A stretch of DNA of 45,476 nt, taken from positions 1 to 45,476 of the forward strand of contig JAAZXI010000007.1 in assembly GCA_014240285.1 (NCBI GenBank), written 5' to 3'. Position 1 is the stretch's first letter. Each line of letters begins with the position of its first letter. Origin of the DNA: Methanobacteriota archaeon (GTDB taxonomy: Archaea > Thermoplasmatota > Poseidoniia > Poseidoniales > Thalassarchaeaceae). The position numbers and the translations under genes are program-made. This document shows positions 19,280 to 27,000 of this stretch, in pieces. The notes below the pieces were generated by a model. The model saw only the letters and a list, made by a program, of their open reading frames with translations, searched no databases and was not told where the DNA came from.

Positions 19280-20803
19280 CTATTTGAGAACGCCGAGTCG
19301 GGGAACCAGTTGGCCCACCAACTCCTCCAAGCGACTGCCGGCTGCTGAGGAAGCCAGTCTCCTTCTTCTTCGAGAGTCACCGAAATCGGTCCACATATCA
19401 TAGCCCCAGAGGAAAACTAGGTTGGATAAATGGATGACTAGGAAGAATGCTGCGAGATAGAGCGAGAGCAGGAAGGTCGCACCGAATAGAGAATAGAGGA
19501 ATGCGAGGGAGATTAGTGGCCAGATGACTAGGGGAGAGAGAATTGCAGCAATCATGTGGTGAGTCGTCCTAGCGTCGACCCCCTCGTCCGATTGTTCGCC
19601 CGCGTACCACCCTACGAACGCTTGCAGGCCGGTCGATGGGATGGTGATGGGGGCGGCGAGGAGCATTACCAGAACCCCTAGTGCGCCTTCGATCAGTCTG
19701 GAATCTCTCTTGATTCTCCCTGTTACATCCAACGTTCGGCCATCCAGATTGCTCGATTGTAGTATGTCTGCGGCCTCCCTGGCGTCCTCGATGAGAGGAT
19801 CGGAGCCCCCGATAAGAGTGAGGCGTTCCCTGATGTCCCGGGCGGCGAGAACCTCCTGCTTCAGAGAACTGAGGGGAGTGGTGGAGTAATTCGCCCTCAG
19901 GTGACCCAGTAGGTGCCATGCCCTGTAGGTCTCCCAGTCTGGAGCCTCGGGGGTCATGCGGGTCAGGTTTTCATACAATTCGTCGCGCAGAGGGATGACT
20001 TGCTCTGCCGGGGGCTCTAACCACTCTCCCCCCGCGAGAGCGGCGTGATGTTGGGCGTCATTGAGCAGTGGTATGGCAATTGGCTCGCCGAACTCGACGA
20101 AGACGTCAGTGCGAAACCAGTAATGGCATCTGAAATGCAGTCCTACAGGCTGAATCACTGGCTGAGGTAGTCCCCTCTCATGTGCGATGCTGGCGGCGTT
20201 GAGGGTGAACCGGAGGGCCCCTGTCCTGAGAGCGTGCAGCTTGGTGTCCTGGTGCGACTTGCCCTCGGGCATCACTATCGCCGCGTGACCCGATGCTATG
20301 CAGTTAGCCATGGTCAGCATGCTCCTTTTGTTAATTTTCTTCGCGAACCCGGGGTCACCTATCCCCCTCTCCAGTTCGGCTTTCCTGATTACCGGCTGTG
20401 AACCAATGCGGCGAGTAAGCCAGCCTATTACAGGCATGGTCATGATGTCGTGCCTGCCGATGGCGATGATGCGCCTATCCTGTGATTTCATGATAGCCAA
20501 TGGATCGATGAGGCCATTGATGTGCGTGGAAGCGTACACAGAGCCGCCGTCCACCATAGGAGGTTTGTCCATCTCCGAGTTCCTGATGATGTAAGACCAG
20601 GCTATGTCGATGACTCGCCGGATGACCTCCCAGAATGGGCGGCTTCCAGGGTGTTTCCCACTGTGATCCCAAGGCAGACGCTCTAATTTCTTGACATTGA
20701 CCCGAGTAGCACTGCTCGACAGTCTTGGGAGCACGTCGGGCGCGTTTTCGGAATCAGACACGATACACGCACAGGGTTGGTGGTTGAGAACGCACCGGGT
20801 CAC
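19280..20803 (-). CDS. Glycerolipid acyltransferase (PlsC/LPLAT superfamily) with C-terminal TM helices
   Basis: Catalytic HxxxxD (STHINGLIDP), block III MPEGKSH, LRTGALR and IQPVGLHF, plus 2-3 C-terminal TM helices. The start may be a later GTG near 20761. Confidence 0.88.
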   Translation of the reverse strand: MTRCVLNHQPCACIVSDSENAPDVLPRLSSSATRVNVKKLERLPWDHSGKHPGSRPFWEVIRRVIDIAWSYIIRNSEMDKPPMVDGGSVYASTHINGLIDPLAIMKSQDRRIIAIGRHDIMTMPVIGWLTRRIGSQPVIRKAELERGIGDPGFAKKINKRSMLTMANCIASGHAAIVMPEGKSHQDTKLHALRTGALRFTLNAASIAHERGLPQPVIQPVGLHFRCHYWFRTDVFVEFGEPIAIPLLNDAQHHAALAGGEWLEPPAEQVIPLRDELYENLTRMTPEAPDWETYRAWHLLGHLRANYSTTPLSSLKQEVLAARDIRERLTLIGGSDPLIEDAREAADILQSSNLDGRTLDVTGRIKRDSRLIEGALGVLVMLLAAPITIPSTGLQAFVGWYAGEQSDEGVDARTTHHMIAAILSPLVIWPLISLAFLYSLFGATFLLSLYLAAFFLVIHLSNLVFLWGYDMWTDFGDSRRRRRLASSAAGSRLEELVGQLVPRLGVLK

Positions 20804-21225
20804 TCCAGATGGCTGCGGATGCGCTCGGCGAGGATTACGCCCTCCTCGGGATCGAGTTGTGAGGTGGCAAATGGCCAGGCCAGGCCGCTGCCGTCATCGT
20901 GTTTGGGGATGATGTGAAAGTGAACGTGGAATACTGATTGGAACGCTGCCTCACCATTGTTCTGCAAGATGTTGAAATCACGAGCACTGGAGGCAGCAAG
21001 GACAGCTCTGGATATCCTTGGAAGGACTCTTCCAACTGCTGCAGATGCCTCGTCCGATAGTCCGTCCAGTGTGGCGCTCTGCTCCTTGGGAACAACGAGG
21101 GTGTGCCCGACGCTGCACGGATTGATGTCGAGGAAGGCGAATACATGCTCGTCCTCGTACACCTTATGACAGGGGATCTCGCCTTGTATGATGAGTGTGA
21201 ATATGCTTGGATCAGGGTTGGCCAT
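20800..21225 (-). CDS. hit: HIT family nucleotide hydrolase
   Basis: SIFTLII.GEIP, AFLDINP..GHTLVVPK and QSVFHVHFHIIP (histidine triad). Start trimmed to ATG 21225. Confidence 0.95.
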   Translation of the reverse strand: MANPDPSIFTLIIQGEIPCHKVYEDEHVFAFLDINPCSVGHTLVVPKEQSATLDGLSDEASAAVGRVLPRISRAVLAASSARDFNILQNNGEAAFQSVFHVHFHIIPKHDDGSGLAWPFATSQLDPEEGVILAERIRSHLE

Positions 21226-21226
21226 G

Positions 21227-22663
21227 CTATCCCTCGGAGCCAATTATCGCCTCGGCCAGAGCAAACATACCCTCAAGGTGGATCGCGGTTACCAACTCGG
21301 TGTTCATCACCATGGAATGGTCTGTGACCCCTATTCCCTTCTCTCGCAGCCCAGCAAGGCTGGTTGCTGCCGCTTCGAGGGCTCTCTCATCGCGGGTGCC
21401 ATTGAGATTGCTCATGATAGAAGACATAGTAGCTGAAACTCGGCCTACTGACTCACCACCTCCTCTCATCAGCGACGCCACTCTGTTCTGTTCTGCCTGA
21501 ATCGCCCCCTCAACCAAAGAAGAGCCACCGAAGGATGTGTTCGATGTCCAGGCTCCTGCATGCTCTCCTGCGATGTTGCCAGTCACTAGGTCCTCAAGCA
21601 ACTGGTTCCCAGGTAGCATGCCCGCCCCGTGCATTCCGGTGTTGGCTGAGCGCCCGGCTGCGTAGAGTCCTGTGACCCACATGCTGCCATCGTCGAAGGT
21701 TACTCTACCGCTCTCATCCACAGGAGCGCCTCCGGTCGTCGTGGCAACGCTTGGGGACAAGGGGATGACTTCGGTGGCTATGTCCAAACCAGCCCGCTCC
21801 CTCACCCGTCTCGTGGTCTGAGCGAACCACGGCGAAGCCGTAGCATCTAGAGAACGCAGATCGAGCACGCATCCCTCGCCGACGAGGACTGCCTCGGGTC
21901 CGGCATCCTCGCCGGTCTCCTTGCGCAGTCTTCCTCCTGAACCCAACAAATCGATGGGGAGATGCATGTCCGTGCCACGGATAGTGAGTGGGTGACGAGG
22001 GGAGTTGGCCATACCAGATAGTAATACACCGGCAGAGGCCGCGAGGGCGGCGCCAGTACCAGGTCCGTTAGAGGGGGTTGACCATATCCCCTGATGACCT
22101 TCTGTGGCCAGAATCACAGCTTTGGATTGAATCGAAGATACGTCTCCTGTCAAGAGATCCAACACTACGACACCGCGCACCTGCTGATTGTCCATCACCA
22201 GAGAGAGGGGGATTAGGTCTGACCGTCGAGGGACTCCCCTCTTGATCACCTGCTCCTCGAGAATACGGGTAACCTCTCTGGCTGTACTGTCCCCACACCC
22301 GGTCAGACGGGGGCTGCTGTGGCCAGGCACCTCCGAGGTGTGGGGCAATCCTCCTTCTCTACGACGAAGAACCAAGCCCCATCTCTCGAGTTCGGCTAAG
22401 ACAGATACTGCCTCACCACAGAATCGGGCTGCTACGACCTTGTCGGTTGTCTCGCCACCAGCTGTGACGGTGTCGTTACAATGCGCAGTGGAGTCAAGTT
22501 CGTCTATCGAAGCCGCCAATCCTGACAGGGGGGCTGCGCCGGAGAACGAACCGACACCAGAGGAATCGATAAGCAGGGGGATTGTGCCAGCGTCGGCAGA
22601 AGCGATGGCTGCTCGCAGAGCAGCGGGTCCGCTGCCGAACACGACGATGTCCCACGACTCCAT
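21227..22663 (-). CDS. SdhA/FrdA/NadB-family FAD-binding protein, divergent
   Basis: DIVVFGSGPAALRAA, ELERWG, GHSSPR, KAVILATEG, GLYAAG and GMHGA. Start at ATG 22663, after SD-like GGAGTGA. Confidence 0.85.
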   Translation of the reverse strand: MESWDIVVFGSGPAALRAAIASADAGTIPLLIDSSGVGSFSGAAPLSGLAASIDELDSTAHCNDTVTAGGETTDKVVAARFCGEAVSVLAELERWGLVLRRREGGLPHTSEVPGHSSPRLTGCGDSTAREVTRILEEQVIKRGVPRRSDLIPLSLVMDNQQVRGVVVLDLLTGDVSSIQSKAVILATEGHQGIWSTPSNGPGTGAALAASAGVLLSGMANSPRHPLTIRGTDMHLPIDLLGSGGRLRKETGEDAGPEAVLVGEGCVLDLRSLDATASPWFAQTTRRVRERAGLDIATEVIPLSPSVATTTGGAPVDESGRVTFDDGSMWVTGLYAAGRSANTGMHGAGMLPGNQLLEDLVTGNIAGEHAGAWTSNTSFGGSSLVEGAIQAEQNRVASLMRGGGESVGRVSATMSSIMSNLNGTRDERALEAAATSLAGLREKGIGVTDHSMVMNTELVTAIHLEGMFALAEAIIGSEG

Positions 22664-22733
22664 GTTCACTCCGTTGGTCGCAATCACAGTAGCGTCATGA
22701 ACGTGACGCTCGGGACTTTGTCCCGAAGAGCCT

Positions 22734-24185
22734 TCAATCGGCTATGGACAGAGCTAGTCTGCGAACAGCCGAGGCTGCGTCCGACATCCGCTGGCCAGCA
22801 CTCTCCTGTTGCGCCTTCGGCGACAGAGTGGTCTGCACCACAACTGAGGAGAGTGTCTCACCATGTTCACCCCTCAAGGTGACTTGCACTGGGTGGGGAC
22901 CTAGTTTAGAGTCTGGCCATGCAAGGCCAATCCAGAGCACGGTGGCGTCATCCAGTAGACGCCCCAATGTATCGACCTGGTCTGTGGCTCTGGACCTGTC
23001 AATGCGGCGGGAGGCTCTGGCCTCGACTCTGATTGTCTGCAGCGCTGGCTCCCCCTCAGCCACCACAACATCGACCTTGACGTTGGAAGTGGCTCCGGTT
23101 TTGTTGTGCAGCATAACGAACAGATCGGCCCGACCTTGAGAGCAGCGTGGAGGAAGGTCGAGGTCCAACCTCCAAGGAGTCTCATCCAGTGATTGGTCAC
23201 CTCTGATAGCCGAGTCCTGGAGTCTGTCGATTAGCCTGAACAACCCTGGCTGCCAAGCCTTGGTGTGTGCCAACAAGGTCCGCAGCGACCTCAGGTCAAA
23301 CTTGTTGGATTTATCCATCAAAGTGTCTATCGCTGTAATCTTGAAAACACGTTTCGCCTCGGTCATCAGTCGGGCGTCGTCGAGGAGTCCCTGCTCATTG
23401 AGATGTAATGCTTGTAGAAGTTGCTCTACGGCCGAATTCGGGGTCTGATCCCCTCTCACACTGTCCATCAGGGAGAGTTTCCAATCGTCCCATGCCGCCG
23501 CGGTCTCCGGATCGAGGTGCGCTACCATCAGGTCAGACAGCGGCCTGGCCAAGGTACTGTCATGCAGAGTCGGGGCGTGCAAGGAGAGCAGGGGGAACGA
23601 ATTGGAGCGCATGGGTATAGAATCGTCCAGCATTAGTGAGTTAAGGAAGCATAGAATCCCCAGAGCCACCGAAGCGCCCAGCAGCAGTGAGCCGAGAGTG
23701 TCTCCCGTGTCGAGTTCCCTCACTGCAATCAACGCTACCCCGCCGAGTGCTGCTGAAAGGAGTCGTATCCTCTCCCTCAGAGACCTCTCCCTCAAGGTGT
23801 TGAGGATTCTCTCAACACCTGGATAGGCGTCCATCGACCTCTGACCTCCATCTCGTAACTTGAGGCGATCGCGCGCGGACATCCTCGCGAAGGTCGCTGA
23901 TAGATTGGTAGGGATTAACAGGACAGTGAGCAAGGCATATGAGGCGATGGCAGCATCAAAGGAGGCGAAATCCCACTTGACCAAAAGTAGACCGGCGCAG
24001 ATGGGAGCTACCAAGGAAAGGGTCTGGCGGATCAAAGGAGTCTGGACGGAACCAGAAACGCGGGTCCAGAAACGTCTGCCGGCATCTCTAGCCGCCACTC
24101 TGCGTGAGAGAGCCCGATTCTTCAAGTCACCAAACTCGCTCGAGTCTGAATAAGGTGTTGGGAGCTTCGAAGGTGGGCCCTCCAT
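22734..24185 (-). CDS. Hypothetical membrane protein (about 4 TM plus a soluble C-terminal region)
   Basis: 483-aa ORF filling the gap, with two hydrophobic hairpins and a beta-rich C-terminal part. No family recognised. Confidence 0.7.
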   Translation of the reverse strand: MEGPPSKLPTPYSDSSEFGDLKNRALSRRVAARDAGRRFWTRVSGSVQTPLIRQTLSLVAPICAGLLLVKWDFASFDAAIASYALLTVLLIPTNLSATFARMSARDRLKLRDGGQRSMDAYPGVERILNTLRERSLRERIRLLSAALGGVALIAVRELDTGDTLGSLLLGASVALGILCFLNSLMLDDSIPMRSNSFPLLSLHAPTLHDSTLARPLSDLMVAHLDPETAAAWDDWKLSLMDSVRGDQTPNSAVEQLLQALHLNEQGLLDDARLMTEAKRVFKITAIDTLMDKSNKFDLRSLRTLLAHTKAWQPGLFRLIDRLQDSAIRGDQSLDETPWRLDLDLPPRCSQGRADLFVMLHNKTGATSNVKVDVVVAEGEPALQTIRVEARASRRIDRSRATDQVDTLGRLLDDATVLWIGLAWPDSKLGPHPVQVTLRGEHGETLSSVVVQTTLSPKAQQESAGQRMSDAASAVRRLALSIAD

Positions 24186-24291
24186 GGAGCTTCGGAGGAC
24201 GCAGGATGCTTGATGGCATCGGCACTATTGCTGTCGATGGAGGTAATTTTGCGAACGCTACCTTTCTTGGGGAGTGTGTTGTCGCAGAGTC

Positions 24292-24368
24292 GGGCGATTA
24301 GTGTAGTCTGGATATCACCTTGGCCTCCTAAGCCGAGAACACGGGTTCAAATCCTGTATCGCCCGCCA
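24292..24368 (+). tRNA. tRNA-Arg (anticodon CCT)
   Basis: Acceptor GGGCGAT/ATCGCCC, anticodon arm TTGGC-CTCCTAA-GCCGA, T arm ACGGG-TTCAAAT-CCTGT, encoded CCA. Confidence 0.95.
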
Positions 24369-24373
24369 TTCCA

Positions 24374-25513
24374 TCAGCCGAAAGCAAGGCCGTGCTCCTT
24401 GCCTGCCCTGGATACTTTGTGTAGAAAGTTCTCGAATGGAATTCTGGCGTGCATCGAGCGGTTGAGCTGGGTGTCACAGTTGGCCAATGCCTCTAGCAGT
24501 TGCTCACGAAGAGGATCGGGGAGAGAGAGTCTGCGACCGACCAGAACATCGTGGAGTTGGTGGACCACGTCGTCGGAGTCCATCCCGTGGTCGTTCATCA
24601 TGCGGTCGATTTCGGCCAATGCCCCGGCCAGCACCTTCTTCTTGCGGCCGCCCCGGTTCTCCCACCTCCACTCGACCACTCTCCCCCTCAGAGCCAACTC
24701 CAGCAGGTGTCTGCCAGACTGCAGGGTGGTTGACTGGACTAGGGTGTGAACCGCCGAGCGATCGTGTGCGAGATCTCTCAGATGAAGCATCTCTAGTGTG
24801 AACAGGGCCTTCCTGAGATTGCCCTCAGAGATGTATGCAATGTCCTCTAGGACTCCGTCTGCGGTCTCCACACCCTCTGATTCGGCGATGGAGCGCATAG
24901 CAGACAGCATAATCCCACGCTCAGTCGGTGGAATCCGTATCATCTGGGTGCGAGAGCGCAGCGCGTCGATTATCCTTGATGGGGCTCTGGCCACGAGGAT
25001 GAATCTGGAGGCGTTTCCGACGGTCTCCATCATTCTGCGTAAATAGGCCTGTCTAATTGAGCCGAGATAGTCGGCGTCCTCAAGGACGATGAGGCGACTA
25101 ACCGGCAGGACACCAGAGGTGATTTCGATTTCGCGGCCAGCAGGGGCAATGTCGTTAGGCGAGCCGGTTGACATCGCTCTGTCGAATGCATCCAAACTGA
25201 GTCTTCCAGCTAGGGTGTCGCTCGAACCGGTACCACCAGGTCTGAGGAAGTCCTCGAATATGCCCATGGCGCCGCGTTGCCGGACGAGGTCCCGGGCCTG
25301 CAGCACGTGTGTCGTGGAGCGCCAGCCCCTTCCAAGGATCTGACGGGCGACCAATCGCCACGCTGCTGTCTTTCCCACACCCGCCGGGCCAGTTATCAGC
25401 AGGTGTGGCGGATCGGCCGAGAGGCTGGCTGAGAGTAGTGCCTGTCGCGACTTGTCAGGCATGGCCAATTGCTCGAAGGTTTGAGGAGAGTGGGAGTTCA
25501 GCCAGCCCGTCAC
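24374..25513 (-). CDS. Replication factor C small-subunit-like AAA+ ATPase (divergent paralog)
   Basis: PHLLITGPAGVGKT (Walker A), LIVLEDADYL (variant Walker B), YLRRMME, RFILV, ALRSRT (arginine finger) and GNLRKAL (sensor 2). Confidence 0.85.
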   Translation of the reverse strand: MTGWLNSHSPQTFEQLAMPDKSRQALLSASLSADPPHLLITGPAGVGKTAAWRLVARQILGRGWRSTTHVLQARDLVRQRGAMGIFEDFLRPGGTGSSDTLAGRLSLDAFDRAMSTGSPNDIAPAGREIEITSGVLPVSRLIVLEDADYLGSIRQAYLRRMMETVGNASRFILVARAPSRIIDALRSRTQMIRIPPTERGIMLSAMRSIAESEGVETADGVLEDIAYISEGNLRKALFTLEMLHLRDLAHDRSAVHTLVQSTTLQSGRHLLELALRGRVVEWRWENRGGRKKKVLAGALAEIDRMMNDHGMDSDDVVHQLHDVLVGRRLSLPDPLREQLLEALANCDTQLNRSMHARIPFENFLHKVSRAGKEHGLAFG

Positions 25514-25553
25514 AAGAGGTCGTCGGATTGGCGGGCCTTGAAGACCGCGCTGT

Positions 25554-25823
25554 TCACTCGGCCTTCAGGGTCTTGTGGCGGCCTTCTTTGCGGGGCTTGA
25601 CGAAGATCCTGTATCCGCACTTACGGCAGGAGTGACCGGCAGAGCCGGCCTCGTTCCAGGTCAATGCGCCGCAGCGCAGGCACTTGTAACGAATCTCGAG
25701 TGGATCCATGGTCGATTCACAATGTGTGCACTTAGGCAGTTCGGAAGGGTTCCAACCCCTTCGGTCGGTGCGATTGCAGTTCCTGCACTTGTGGAGCACG
25801 AGACGTTCTGCTTCGGTGGACAT
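25554..25823 (-). CDS. rpoP: DNA-directed RNA polymerase subunit P (Rpo12) with an extra N-terminal Zn ribbon
   Basis: C-terminal YKCLRCG..CRKCGYRIFVKPR..KTLKAE matches RpoP. An in-frame upstream HKCRNC..CTHC is present. Alternative start at ATG 25709. Confidence 0.8.
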   Translation of the reverse strand: MSTEAERLVLHKCRNCNRTDRRGWNPSELPKCTHCESTMDPLEIRYKCLRCGALTWNEAGSAGHSCRKCGYRIFVKPRKEGRHKTLKAE

Positions 25824-25866
25824 CGAGCCGGCGACCTGCCGGACCTTCTTCAATCTGTCCTCTGCC

Positions 25867-26460
25867 TCACCGGGCCCTGCGGGCCCGTTCGCACACCCCT
25901 ACGAAATTCTCGAAAATCCTTGCGCCATACTCTGAGTCGTTTACTTCGGGGTGGAATTGAAGTCCAAATCGATCTCCAGATTCGTTCTGCATACCCTGCA
26001 CTCCGCAGGACTCGCTATGCGCGGTAATATCGAAGCCGGGGGGTACCTCTGTGACTTCGTCGTTGTGGCTTTCCCAGACCGTCTGCTCGTCTGGGGTTCC
26101 CTCAAAAAGTGTGCCCCCACCACCAACTAGAGAGATGGAAGCGGCGCCGAACTCAGGTTTTGGCGCCTCGGCAGCACTACCACCGTAGAAACCGGCCATG
26201 AACTGATGACCAGCGCATATTCCGAGTATGGGAATGTCCATGCCGAGGAAACCTCCACAATTGCCTAGTTCTCCGGTGAGACCTACGCGGGCTGCCCCCC
26301 CCGATAGGATGAGGCCATCCACAGGCCGGAGTTCCTCGACGGGTGTGTCGTTGGGAAGAATCTGGGTGTCAACACCTAGGTAGCGCAGCATGCGCCACTC
26401 ACGGTGAGTCCACTGGCCACCATTGTCAATGACATCAATGACGAGAGGATGCTCACCCAT
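25867..26460 (-). CDS. guaA: GMP synthase glutamine amidotransferase subunit A
   Basis: VIDNGGQWTHR, GLILSGG, PILGICAGHQ, VWESHNDEV and GLQFHPEV (Cys-His-Glu triad); stand-alone archaeal GATase subunit. Confidence 0.95.
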   Translation of the reverse strand: MGEHPLVIDVIDNGGQWTHREWRMLRYLGVDTQILPNDTPVEELRPVDGLILSGGAARVGLTGELGNCGGFLGMDIPILGICAGHQFMAGFYGGSAAEAPKPEFGAASISLVGGGGTLFEGTPDEQTVWESHNDEVTEVPPGFDITAHSESCGVQGMQNESGDRFGLQFHPEVNDSEYGARIFENFVGVCERARRAR

Positions 26461-26538
26461 GTCGAACCCCAGTGGGGGCGGGTGATGAACAATACCCTAT
26501 CAAAGATTGAAAAAGAGTGGCCTTGTCGAAGGGGCTCT

Positions 26539-26614
26539 GCCCTGATGGTGTAGTGGCCTATCATGCAGCCCTGTCGAGGCTGCGACCCGGGTTCAAATCC
26601 CGGTCGGGGCGCCA
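26539..26614 (+). tRNA. tRNA-Asp (anticodon GTC)
   Basis: Acceptor GCCCTGA/TCGGGGC, anticodon arm CAGCC-CTGTCGA-GGCTG, T arm CCGGG-TTCAAAT-CCCGG, encoded CCA. Confidence 0.96.
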
Positions 26615-26619
26615 CTTAT

Positions 26620-26949
26620 TCACTCAGTGTTCTCTTCCCACCAGTTGGCTTCTTGCTCGGGCTCCGGTTCTGGGTCTGATGGGGTTTCGGGCTGATGTTT
26701 CCAGCAGTAGTCAGTGGATCTGAATGACAGGGCGTGGCAGCCGTCGAACGAACAATTGCGAAGTGTGTTCCGGTTCTCAGTAAGTCGCTTACTCCGGTTG
26801 CCTGGCGGCGGTGGCGGCGGTGCTGAAGTGCTCAATTTGGTGGGTGGTTTTTGAGCGTTTTTCACAGCAGAATCGCCGCCTGCGAGTCCGGCGAATAGTG
26901 CATGGCACAGCCCGGAACAAATTAATTCCCCAATCAGATTGGCTATCAC
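26620..26949 (-). CDS. Small hypothetical protein with poly-Pro linker and CCCH-type motif
   Basis: Hydrophobic N-terminus, APPPPPPG, CSFDGC-x10-CWKH and an EP-repeat acidic tail. Start codon uncertain. Confidence 0.6.
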   Translation of the reverse strand: MIANLIGELICSGLCHALFAGLAGGDSAVKNAQKPPTKLSTSAPPPPPPGNRSKRLTENRNTLRNCSFDGCHALSFRSTDYCWKHQPETPSDPEPEPEQEANWWEENTE

Positions 26950-27000
26950 AATGGTTCATTGAAGAGGGCGAGATAAGTTTGTCTGCGGCATTGGGGTCAT

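Noticed and set aside
21227-22663. Calling this gene sdhA, nadB or a pseudogene
   Set aside because: Catalytic motifs are missing, so no symbol is given. The ORF is intact with no frameshift, so it is not called a pseudogene.
24210-24749. 179-aa ORF spanning tRNA-Arg, and ORFs 26376..26615 and 26517..26723 spanning tRNA-Asp
   Set aside because: Spurious translations across tRNA genes.
24292-26614. Integrated element bounded by the two tRNAs
   Set aside because: The intervening genes are core (RFC, rpoP, guaA); no integrase or duplicated tRNA 3' end was seen.
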